A stretch of DNA of 17,856 nucleotides from Azolla caroliniana (lineage: Eukaryota > Plantae > Polypodiophyta): positions 1 to 17,856 of the forward strand of contig JBHGNT010000682.1 in assembly GCA_043228905.1 (NCBI GenBank), read 5' to 3'. Below the pieces are notes generated by a model. The model did no database searches. It saw only the letters and a list, made by a program, of their open reading frames with translations, and was not told the DNA's origin. Positions 7,684 to 17,856 of this stretch are shown here, piece after piece (position 1 is the stretch's first letter; every line of letters starts with the position of its first letter). A program made the translations under genes and the position numbers.

Positions 7684-10600
7684 CTAATGTAAGTGCCACC
7701 CCTTCACTGCAGCTACTGCGAGCAAAACACGGACGGTCGTCATTTTTGCGACCGGCACAAACGTCTCATCGTAGTCGATGCCGTGTTTCTGCGCGTAGCC
7801 CTTTGCCACTAGCTGAGCCTTGTACCGGTTGACCGAGCCATCGGTGTTGTACTTGACCTTGTACACCCACCTACACCCGATCGGTTTTACCCCTGTTGGT
7901 GCGTCAACCAGGTCCTAGGTCTCGTTCTCCGCCAATGTGTGCATCTCTTCCTCCATCGCGGCACGCCAATTCGCGTCTTTAGCCGCTTCTGCGTAGCTCT
8001 CTGGCTCACACACTTCCGCTACATGGGTCATGTACACATAATGATGCGCCATGTACTCGTTGTATCCGAACCGCAAAACAGGATTCTTCTGGCGGGTAGA
8101 TCGGCGTAATCTCACATTAGCCGATGTCGAGGCCTTCTCGGTCGACACGGTCTTCACCTTTAAAGACCCGTCACCGGTTCCCTCGGAGTTGGACTCGCGT
8201 CGGTCTGACTCGTTCTTATCCGTGCCGGAATCCGACACCTTCTCCTTCCCTTTCTCTTTGCGCGTAAGCCGTCTCCTTGGCTTCCTGCGCGGGGAATGCA
8301 GGGCCGAGTCTCCACTACTCGCCGGCTCTTCATCGGACTGATCGTACCGACTCAGTCGTCCAATCGGTCCACTTAAACGGAGTGAAATCGGACTCTCTTC
8401 GAGGGTCTCGATTTTGGGCTCATCCGGAGGCATCTGGGCCTCGCTGACCTCATCGTCAGAACACGGATTGGAGTCGGGGGCTGGTACCAGGACGCGGACT
8501 CGTCAACCACAACGTCGCGGCTAACACGCGCTTGTTTGGTGCGAGGGTTATAGCACTTATAACCCTTCTGCTCGTCCGAGTAACCGACCAAGATGCATTT
8601 CTCGGCCTTTGCGTCCAGCTTCCTCCTTTTCTCCTTCGGTACATGCACATACGCAATGCTACCGAACACCTTCAAGTGTCGCAAGTTCGGCTTCGTTCCG
8701 AAATATAGCTCGTGCGCCGACACTTTGTCTCCGATCCGGTTCTGGATGTATACTGCGGTCCTTACCGCCTCGGCCCAGTAGAACTTGGGCAAGCTCTTCT
8801 CCTCCAGCATTGCCCGTGCCGCTTCCACAACTGACCGATTCTTCCTCTCGGCCACGCCGTTCTGCTCCGGCGTGTATCTACAACTAAATTCGCGGCGAAT
8901 TCCCATTTGTTGTAGGTAACCGTTGAATTGACCGGAAAAGTACTCTTTCCCGCCATCCGACCGCATGCACTTGATCTTTCGTCCCATTTCTGTTTCCACG
9001 ACCCTTTGAGGTCCCGGAAATAGTCGAAGACTTCGCTCTTCCTCTCAATGAGGTAGATCCACGTGTGGTCGTCGATGAAGGAGACGAAATATCGGCTCCC
9101 GCCAAGACTAACGTTTTGTGCCGGCCCCCATACATCGGAGTGTATAAGTTCGAGCTTGTTCCGGCTCCGGTTTCGCTCGTTTGGGAAAGGAAGTCGGTGT
9201 TGCTTCCCGAGCTGGCAGGCTTCACAAATTTGTGCCTTTCGGCCACTAAATTTGGGCAATCTGAACACTACCTGTTTCGATTGCAGATCTTGAAGCCGCT
9301 GGTAGTTGACGTGGCCTATCCGCTATGCCACAAGTCGATGTCCGACTTGGATTTTTGTCCCTTCGCGAACATTGCAGTGCCACCGTCAGTGGAGTCGAGG
9401 ATGAACATCCTCCCGTCTCTGCGCCCTTGCGCAATCACATGGCCTTCTTCCTCAATGAAGCACCCGAGGTGTGTAAACCGAACCTCCATCCCTTGGTTGA
9501 CGATCTGTCCGACCGAGACCAAGTTCTTCGTGATTGTCGGAACGTGCAACACGTTCATGAGTTTCCCTTTCTGCCCAACATGGCTAAGGGGAACTTCTCC
9601 GACATTCGCGATCGGATGCGGAGTGTCGTCTCCAGTTGCGACTATTCCAGGTTGTATTGGTTTTTCAAGGTACGAGAACCACTCCTTATGGCTCATCATG
9701 TGGTTTGACGCTCTGGAGTCTATGTACCACACCTCGTCCGATCTCGGGGTGGTCTGTTTCATTGAGTTTGCTTCGTGTCTCATCACGAAGGCAGACCCTT
9801 CTCCGTCTCTCCCGGAGTCTTCGGCGTAGTGCGATCGCTGCCGATTTCCCTTGTCGGTATGTCCGGAGCCGTTTCCGGAACCGGTTCTCTCCGAATCGGC
9901 GCGCTTCTTCCATCACTCACTTTCCCTGTGGCCTTTCTTGCCACAGTACCAGCACTCCGTGATGGCCTTCCCTTGCCGGTTCTCATCGCTTCGACTCCCC
10001 CTGTTTCCGGAGGGTCCGGAGTTGCTGTTGGCATCACTTCGGTGCCTTCTTCTTTGATCTCGTCGGCCACCTCCATTGCGTGCCGACTCGCCTTGTCCTC
10101 CACGTCCACGGGGCCTATCTCCCTCCGTGTACAACATTCTGTTGTCGGTGTGTGTGCTTGTAGACGCACCCGCGTGGTTCTCCTCTACCAAGAGCATTGA
10201 CTGTAAGTCGAAAAGGACGGCGTATTCTCCCGGGTACACACAGCCGTTCGGAACGCTCCGAACTTCGATGCCAAACCTCCGAGACAGATCTGGACCATCT
10301 CGCTCTCCTCTATGTTCACCTCTATGGAGGCGAGGGAGTCGCAAATATCCTTGATCTTCGAGGTATAGTCCGCCACCGACAAGTCGCGTTGTCGTAGGTT
10401 GCTCAGCTCCTGTCGGAGCTGAAGCTTCCTGGCTGTGGTGCTCGCGACAAAAATCTTCTTCAGATTTTCCCACGCACCCTTCGACGTCTTTGCATCCCGA
10501 ACATAGCTCAATAGTTGTTCGCCCACACACGACGCGAAGCAGTATAATACCCTACTCGCCGATTGCTCCCGCGACGGGAAGTCTCTGTGTGTCGATTCGG

Positions 10601-10739
10601 GTGCCGCGTCATTAGCTCCTTCGATATAACTCTAGTAGCCGTGCCCGAGCAGGTACTGGTGCATCTTGTAGGACCAAGACGCGTAGTTGGTTCTGTCGAG
10701 CTTCTCTGTTGGAAGCGAGCTCGCCATGCCTCTATCCAT
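6487..10739 (-). pseudogene. gag-pol: gag-pol pseudogene of C with several stops and frameshifts
   Basis: MDRGMASSLPTEKLDRTNYASW start, CWYCGKKGHRESE* knuckle, protease YIDSRASNH (G>R), HSDVWGP, RSDGGKEY, QNGVAERKNR, MDVKNAFLQG, YVDD, YTDADW, KHIEVHYHF. Stops at 10632-10634, 7915-7917 and 7684-7686. Frameshifts near 10210, 9320, 9000 and 8460. Confidence 0.92.
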
Positions 10740-10799
10740 CGTTCTTCTTGTTCTTCTTCGTCAAGCTGTGTCGGCTGCAGAGAGGTTCTCAACCCTCGC

Positions 10800-10811
10800 G
10801 CTTTGATACCA
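10800..10811 (-). other. Primer binding site of C (tRNA-iMet, one mismatch)
   Basis: Minus strand TGGTATCAAAGC directly after ...TTTTTACA. Confidence 0.88.
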
Positions 10812-10904
10812 TGTAAAAAGTAACGTGCGGAAGCAAGTGTGAAGACCAAACAGGAGGAAGAAAACTCAGGTTCAATGGAGAGCTTAAGCTTACGTAGTAT
10901 ATGC

Positions 10905-10906
<2 letters not shown>

Positions 10907-10982
<76 letters not shown>
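10907..10982. repeat. (GA)38 microsatellite inside the LTR of C, (TC)38 on the element strand
   Basis: 76 bp of perfect GA repeat. Confidence 0.98.
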
Positions 10983-10984
<2 letters not shown>

Positions 10985-11059
10985 ACACAAACTATATTCA
11001 ACAACAACAACCCAATCTCTATTCACCACACTCTATACATATGTGTGTTCAATGAACAC

Positions 11060-11066
11060 TTTTATA
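11060..11066 (-). promoter_or_regulatory. Putative TATA box of LTR C
   Basis: Minus strand TATAAAA, about 80 bp upstream of the TC tract, the same relative layout as in LTR B. Confidence 0.6.
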
Positions 11067-11271
11067 CAAGTCCTAGAAGGACTGACCGAAGTACTGACAA
11101 TACTTCAATACTCATTAAGAGCTCCTACACTAACTCCCAAATATATTCCTCACGGAATATCTTTCCTAACGGCCTCCCGGTTTACGCACTCGGCCTAACC
11201 GATCGGTCCCAACCGATTCGGTCCTCGACTTCTTCAACCGATCCGACCGATGTTGAGCTTGTCTCTCAACA

Positions 11272-11695
11272 TCAAATTATCATTTGCGGGTAGAGTGGTA
11301 GTAGTCAATCAAGTTCTTTATTCTAGTCTTTGGTATATTTTGTCATGTTGGAGTTTTTCTAGATCATGTATGAGACAATTACAAAGATTGATTCGAAATT
11401 ATAAGTGGTTTGGTAATGATTGAAGTCATGCAAGGGAAAAGATCTCTTGGACCACGATTGTTAAATCATTTGATTAGGGAGCATTATAACTATCAAAAGC
11501 TTTTCTTGCGAAATTGATGATTAGGGGATGTTATTAGGCTCAGAACCACGGAAACAATTTTGTTATATGAATTGCAAAAGTTTTGTCCTATAATTGGTGG
11601 GGATTGGAGGGCCAGTTTTCGATGGAGTTTAATGGAAGACAACCAGTTGACCATTTCCACAAAATGGGAAGGCAAATTTACTCGATCTATTCATA
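11272..11695 (+). mobile_element. Degenerate L1/Tx1-type LINE ORF2 fragment (region C-terminal to RT)
   Basis: Manual translation from 11274: KLSFAGRVVVVNQVLYSSLWYILSCW...LQRLIRNYKW...KISWTTIVKS; then in other frames SKAFLAKLMIRG and GSEP. This matches the LS.AGR..L.N.VL...W pattern of plant L1 ORF2. AT-rich, with stops. Confidence 0.8.
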
Positions 11696-14600
11696 TGTTA
11701 CGAGCTCTCGAATATGATGAAACCGCACCTCAATATGTTGTCTTCACATGGTAGACAGGATTCCTAATGAGGTGTATTGCACTCTATCAGTCGCAATAGA
11801 TGGTCGGTGCTAGATGGTCGATTTGGCTTGTAGCCGAAAAATTGGCCGTCAATCGGTGCAATCGGATTGCTTACTTCGTTGCTTCAAACGCTGCAATGTA
11901 CTCGGCCTTTTTGGTTGATAGGACCGTGCACTCTTGAAATTTTGATCTCCATGGTATGGCGTCGCCACCATAGGGGAATACGTAGCCTAATGTTGACTTC
12001 TGATTGTCTGGATTGCTAGCATAGTTGGAGTCGGTGTAGCCTCCAACTGCAGTCGGATTTGCCCATCCGAAAGTCAGTTATACATCTTCAGTTCCTTTCA
12101 AATTCTTGAAGATGTGCTTGACGACCTCCCAATACTTCCGTCCTAGGTTCAACATGTACCGGTTGACGACCCCTATGGCATATGCAAGATCAGGTCGGGT
12201 CGACCGATGCATAGGGTATCTTCCCATTTAGCTCTTTCTCCTTGTCGATCGAAGGAGAGTCCTTGTCCGTTAGTCGTGTCGACGTCGAGAGTGGAGTCGG
12301 TGCTGGGTTAGCATTCTCCATGTTGAACCTTCTAAGAACCTTTCACATATAGTTGGATTGGGAGAGCCATAGAGTCTTCGTCATCCAATTTCACTCAATC
12401 CTCATGCCCAAGATATGTTGGGCTTGTCCGAGTTCCTTCATTGTGAAATTTTCGTGAAGGCTCCCCTTCAGTCTTCCAATTTTTGCTTGATTGCTCCCTA
12501 CAATCACAATCAACATATCGACGACATATAGGATCAGGTAGATCCGGGACTCGTCGGCCAATCTAAATGTACATGCATGGGTCGGAGTCCGACTGATTGT
12601 AGCCAAGTTGCTGGATGTAGGCATAGAACTTGTGATACCACATTCTCAACGCTTGCTTTAGGCCATATAGGCTCTTTTTCAGCTTGCAGAAGAGGTGACC
12701 TTGCTCCCCCGTCGCCTTGAAGCCTATTGGTTGAGACATGTAAATGTCTTTGTCAAGATCTCCGTGTAGGAAGGCTGTTTTGAAATCAAGTTACTCCAGC
12801 TCTAGGTCTTCCATCCATACAACCCCTAGAAGGAGCCGGATGGTGGTCATTTTGACTACATGCGAAAAAATTTCATTGTAGTCAACCCCATGTTCTTGTT
12901 TGAGACCTTTGGCAATGAGCCGTGCTTTTTATTTGGGCTTCTCCAAATCAGACACATATTTGTATCTGAAGACCCATTTACAGGGTAGCGACTTCCTTCC
13001 AGCTGGTAACTCGACCAACTCCCAATGCATGTGTTATTTTCATTAATCGAGTCCACCTCTAATTTCATGGCTTGTAGCCATGTGTTGGCGTCGGGTGCAA
13101 CCACAACTTCTCATAGGAGCTAGGTTCGCCTACATTTGTGTACATAGTTGACGTAGTTGAGGCCCCGCTGGTAAAACTCTGTTGGCCTTCAGACTCGTCC
13201 GGATCTCCTAGGTGCTGAGTTTTTTGGTTCGTATCCTTCAATCATCTCTGTCAGCTGATCAATATTTCTTGAACCATTTTCAGGAATCCTCTAGGATGAC
13301 TTGTCCCTTAAATAGGATTTCGGCGATGTCAAGTCATTCTCCCCTTTTTTGGGATTTATTAAAAAAGGAGTAAAAACCATGGTCGGTTCGGTTCGGCCTT
13401 TCAACATCTTATCTTGTTTTCCTTCTATCATTGGCCCTTTTGACATATTCTTCCGGTTCAACATTTGCCAATCTTTTAGTTGAATCGAAGTGGATTTCGA
13501 CTAGTGAACCTCTTGCCGATTCAAATTTGGCAGGGGGTTGCTGGCTCAGTTGATTTTGACTATTTGTCAAATCTTCGATTCGGCCCAATGGGTGGGTCCT
13601 TCTACGACATCTATGTCGATGTCGGAGACCTTTTTGCCGACCCTTTTCGGTTGGTTCCATTAAGAGAGGATTGAGTCTTCATTGAAGACTACATCACTAC
13701 TCGAGATCAATTTCCAGTTCTCTGGGTCCTCATACCGATAGCCGAAGTTCCCATCGGTTCCATAACCGAGAAATATACATTTAAGTGCATGGGGTGCCAG
13801 CTTGGTCCTTTTATCCCTGGGGATGAAGGCGTAGGCTTCACATCAGAATATACGGAACCTATCGTAGGTCAACTGTTTGCCTGACCATACTACATGTGAC
13901 ACTTCGACCCGTATTGCTCTCGATGGCAACAGATTTATCAAGTATATTGCCGTCTACAATGCTTCGATCCTTTAGTTCGGATTGTTGGAGCATTGTTGTC
14001 ACCCTCTCTTGGATTGTTTGGTTGATCCGTTCTGCCATGCCATTCTACATGGGGTGTAGGGAACAGTCTTTTGGTGCCAGATCCCTTTTTCGGACATGTA
14101 TTGTTTGAACGCTCGATAGGTATATACACCTCCGTTATCAAATTAGATTGCTTTCACTCAATGTCCTGATCGGTTCTCCACTTTGGCTAATCACCGAGAG
14201 AAGACCTCGAGCGCTTTGTCTTTCAACTTAATCGAGTAGCCCAAGACCTTTCGTGTACAATCATCTAAGAATGTGATGAAGTATCAGGAGCCTCCTAGTG
14301 ACCTTTTAGGCATCGGCCCACATATATCTATGTGGACCAGTTCTAGGGGTTATCGTACCGTCTCGTAATGGAGAGAGTGTAAACTTCGGGTCTATTTCCC
14401 GTAACAACAATGCTTGCAGAAGTCCATCTTCGATTGGAGCTTCAGGATGTAGCCGATTGCCATTAGTTGGTCTAGTCTAGCTTGACACATATGGCCGAGT
14501 CGGTCATGCCATAAGTTCAAATTTGGCAAATTCGGCTACGTTCATTGTGCCCTCCAAATTGATTGCCATAAGTGCATACAGGTTGTTGTACTTGCATTTG

Positions 14601-15851
14601 CTCCTGATTTTCATATTTCCTCTGTTGATCATCCATGAAGACTCATTGAGAGTCATTCAGTACCCAGCTTTGGCTAGCAAGCCGATGGAGACTAGACTCC
14701 TCTTCACGTCGGGTACGTGTCGGACTTGGTGTAGGGTGATAGTATTGTCGTTCAACAATTGGATGGGGACCTCACCGGTCCTTGTGATTATGCACTCCTG
14801 CTCCTTGCCTAGTCGGACTATGCCATTGGCTCCAATTGAATAGTCTGAAAACCATTCGATGTTGGGGTTCACATGAAATGTGGCACTGGAATCTAGTACT
14901 CACGTTTGTGCGTCTTCTGCGTTGTATAGGACTTCACCGGTCGACAACTCCTCTAGAGAGAGGATTTTCCCCGGACCAAGATTCGGCAACATTGACTTGG
15001 TTGCTAGTAGGAGAACAGTTCAAATCAAATTTTCCTTGTGTCTGATCGAACCGCCGACCATTCTCCTTTCTTTTTATGGACCAACAATCAGAATCTTTGT
15101 GACTATTCTTTCTACAATGAGTGTAGAAATCACTTGATCGACCATTCCTCGACTTCGACCGTTGTCAGTCTTCCCTTCTTCTCGGTCGACTGGTTCTTTC
15201 GGCTTATTCTCTCGATCGGCTTGTTTGTCCGATCAACTCAATCGAGTAGTGGGCTTCTACCAATTCATCGATGGTGAGTTTTGTCGTTTTTCGTTGAATG
15301 TCCTCAGTGAGTACTTGTCTGATCGTTTCGTCCAGATTCAGCTTTGGATAGCTATTGGCGAATGTTGTGTAGAATACCTCCCAACTCTTCAGCAAGCTCG
15401 AAAGGAGGGCAAGGGCTTTAACTTCTTCTTGAAAGGTAATCCCTTGGGAGGAGAGCTTAGACAACACCCAGCTGAAGGTGTTGATGTGGGAGGTCGCCAG
15501 ATCCGTCTCTCTCATCGTCATATTGAACAACTGTCGAATCAATATGAACCTCAACGAGGATGACTTTTTCTCGTATATGGCTCGAAGTTTCTCCCACAAA
15601 GAGAATGTTGTTGTCTCCTTGGCCATGCTGAAATAAACGTTCTCGGCTAGGTGCATCCAGATGGTTGATCATGCGATTTCGTCCATCAATCTCCACTCTT
15701 CAGCAGACATCAATGTTGGTTTGTCACTTTGGCGAATCGCTTCGACTTGACTTCGGATTATGAGCACATCTTGCATCATTTCTTTCCATGGGGCGAAGTT
15801 CTTCCCGTCGAACTTCCGGATTTCCACATTTGTGCCAAACTGTGGCGTCAT
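11696..15851 (-). pseudogene. gag-pol: gag-pol pseudogene of D with many stops and frameshifts and damaged catalytic motifs
   Basis: Fragments 15669..16034, 15204..15656, 14657..14872, 12856..13104 and 12391..12624. DSG>DSS and YVDD>YVVD. Confidence 0.85.
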
Positions 15852-15949
15852 TTTTTGGAAAGTAGATGTTGTTGGCCTTGTCTTTTCTCTTAGCCAGATA
15901 ACTTCTCTTCTAAGTTTTTGTTGTTGGTTGCCGCCAGACAACAAGGTCA

Positions 15950-15960
15950 CTCTGATACCA
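15950..15960 (-). other. Primer binding site of D (tRNA-iMet)
   Basis: Minus strand TGGTATCAGAG, 2 nt after ...CTCAACA. Confidence 0.85.
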
Positions 15961-15962
15961 CT

Positions 15963-16147
15963 TGTTGAGTATGATATGATATGCGGAAGAATATGTGAGG
16001 ACCTATAAGAAGATGTGTACTGCAAGCAACACATACGGAATATAGATATGCAAGAAGGTAGAAGATAAGATTGACACGATTTGGCTCAAATGGAAGCTTT
16101 GTTATTCTCTTCTAAAAAACTCTCTCTCTCTCTCAAATGGAAGCTCA
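15963..16147 (-). repeat. 5' LTR or LTR remnant of D, with a (CT)7 tract and a 14-bp direct repeat
   Basis: The inner end (TGTTGAG on +) is next to the PBS. CTCAAATGGAAGCT occurs at 16085-16098 and 16132-16145. The outer boundary is uncertain. Confidence 0.6.
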
Positions 16148-17856
16148 AATTGGATCAAACCAAGTTACATAAAGGTGGAGATGTAAATAATGTAAACAAC
16201 TATTGAACCATCATGGTTGGCTCATTAATGGCAAAACTATTTGGATGTATAATGGAATCAAAGATAAGTGTATGGGCTGAAAAAAATGGTTACAAGAGAT
16301 CTTATGGAAAAGCGGGCTTTCGAAAACATCATAGCACTATTGCTCACCTTGTTACCCTTCGAGTATTAATGGAGGAAAGTCACCTTAGAGGTAAAGGTTT
16401 ATATTGTTTCTTTGTAGACTTGAAGAAATCTTTTGATATGGTACCTCGTGAGCATCTTTGGAGGCGAATGGAAGAACTTGAGGTGCCAAGTGAATATATG
16501 CTTGCAATTTCCCGAATTTATTAGAAGGTTATATGTTGGGTGCGTATGAAACATAGACTTTTAGATTTTTTCAATAGCAATATCGGTGTTAAGCAAGGAT
16601 GCCCACTCTCACCACACTATTTTGTCTATGCATTGATGAATTGGAAGAAATGGTTACCAAGTTTGCAAAGGAAGAATGTGTTGAAGAAGTTGCCATTGGG
16701 AATGTTGTGATTATGCTTTTGCTATATGCAGATGATGTAGTGCTTTTTGCAAATACTTTAGGAGATGCACAAAATCTTATGAAAGCATTGGATTTTTTTT
16801 GCATGCATACTAAATTAAGTGTCAAAAGCTCTAAAACAAAGATTATGCTTGTGAAGAGCCAAAAAAGAGATAAACCATGCATTACGTACAACAATGAGCC
16901 ACTTGAATGTGTGGAAAGCTTCAAATATTTTGGCCTTGAAGTTCCTTCAAATCATAGATGGAATGAATGTGCTACACGCCGCTTAGAGGTAGGTAAGCGA
17001 GCATACTATGCATTTGAGAACACATGCAATCTTGGAGATATTAAGTGTTGGGTCCTCAAGAAATATCTTTTCGACTCTCTTGTAACACCGATTCTTCTCT
17101 ATGAGGTGGTAGCATCCCTAAATCTACGTGGAAAGAGTTTGAAAATGTCCAAAAACATTTTCTTACAAAGTTTCTACAAGTTAAAAAACAAATGCTCTAC
17201 ACCCTCCTCTTCATTGAGACAGGATCGTTTCCCATTGAGATCATGACCATGGAAAGGGTTGTTGAATACATGCTTAAAGTTCAAAACAGTCCCTCACATC
17301 GACTTCCTAGAATTACATGGGAAGCAAGCAAAAAGATCCAAAAGACGCATAAAAGCAAAATTTTGTATTCTGGTTGGATGCAAGATATAGAAAATTGGTT
17401 TGGTAGATGAGATGCGAAACATTTGGTTCATGATGCATCACTAGATTCCTCTATAAATAGTCCTTTTTGCAACGCCAATGTATCATGACATGGGACAAAT
17501 GAGGAGGCTCACGCTTCACACATTATACTACACATGTTGCACCTAACTACAAAACCATATTCTTTGCGGAACGAGGAAACCGTACACATCAATACATGTT
17601 AGAGCATGTCCCCTTATCTGCCATTCGAACCATTGCTTCCATGCAACTTAGCTCACATGCATTGCGATGTGAGATAAGGCATTGGGGCAGAAGTGATGAG
17701 AGTGGTCAGCTATGCATACTTTGCCCTAAACAAGTTCGCGAGTCTGAGTATCACACTTTGATACAATGCTCTACCTTTGATCATATTCAACAATGTTTTC
17801 CACATCTCTTCGACCGAACCCAATCCTTGCACGAATTTCTCTCACAACCACAATGT
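16148..17856 (+). mobile_element. Degenerate non-LTR retrotransposon E (LINE ORF2: RT and C-terminal CCHC; RTE-X-like), 5' part absent, runs off the right edge
   Basis: NWIKP/LHKGGD..NNY*TIMVGS, AGFRKHHST, FVDLKKSFD, GVKQGCPLSP, LLLYADD (16725-16736), FKYFG, LSSHALRCE..W and CILCPKQVRESEYHTLIQC (17713-17769). Multiple stops and frameshifts. The clade is inferred from motifs. Confidence 0.88.

Larger units (their letters stand above)
6285..11271 (-). mobile_element. Ty1/copia LTR retrotransposon C (related to A), 5' LTR plus internal region, 3' LTR missing
   Basis: Minus-strand LTR, PBS and gag-PR-IN-RT-RNaseH. Stops about 200 bp past RNase H at the end of the 3' LTR of B. Confidence 0.93.
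10812..11271 (-). repeat. 5' LTR of element C (about 460 bp)
   Basis: Minus strand TGTTGAGAG...TTTTTACA. The inner end is fixed by the PBS. The outer end is inferred from TGTTG and the abrupt switch to LINE sequence; there is no second copy to confirm it. Confidence 0.8.
11696..16147 (-). mobile_element. Old degenerate Ty1/copia element D (same lineage as B), truncated within RNase H, 3' LTR missing
   Basis: Minus strand: PBS, gag IRKFDGKNFAPWKEMMQD / MHLAENVYFSM...YEKK (aligns with gag of B), protease VLDSSATFHV, integrase and RT remnants (LYVVDML, MKELGQAQHILGM), RNase H NPVYH...HIEVRFHHIRELV ending about 11696. Confidence 0.88.

Noticed and set aside
9065-10200. Long plus-strand ORFs (254 aa, 141 aa) and similar antisense ORFs across B and C
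   Set aside because: These are shadow frames of GC-rich gag-pol with no independent motifs.
1-10530. A and C as the two halves of one element split or inverted by B
   Set aside because: Both contain the same gag-protease region and are clearly diverged, so they are separate related elements.
11161-11171. CTTTCCTAACG as an alternative outer end of LTR C
   Set aside because: It ends in CG rather than CA, and CCGA-rich element-like sequence continues to CAACA at 11271, where LINE homology begins.
10508-11293. ORFs with poly-ER or poly-SL tracts
   Set aside because: They are translations of the (GA)38 microsatellite in an LTR.

Overview
This window is a eukaryotic, plant-type transposon cluster with no host gene. 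It holds four Ty1/copia LTR retrotransposons and two non-LTR (LINE) fragments. (A) 1-833 (+) is a copia gag-protease fragment cut off by element B. (B) 834-6284 (+) is a structurally complete, young copia element: 289/287-bp LTRs differing by one substitution and one TG unit, a tRNA-iMet PBS, a PPT, and gag-pol broken by a single frameshift between integrase and RT. It has no target-site duplication, and its two flanks belong to different elements. (C) 6285-11271 (-) is a degenerating copia related to A, with a 5' LTR containing (TC)38 and a PBS but no 3' LTR. A short decayed L1/Tx1-type LINE ORF2 fragment lies at about 11272-11695 (+). (D) about 11696-16147 (-) is an old, heavily mutated copia related to B. 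(E) about 16148-17856 (+) is a degenerate LINE RT with a C-terminal CCHC motif, RTE-X-like. The most notable observations are: the TSD-less B/C junction, where the LTR termini of two unrelated families share 13 of 14 bp; U3 regions built as ladders of short inverted repeats around the TATA box; a frameshift in B explainable as a 14-nt direct-repeat deletion; and a triplicated Gag/protease spacer in A. I found no evidence of a new multi-gene system.
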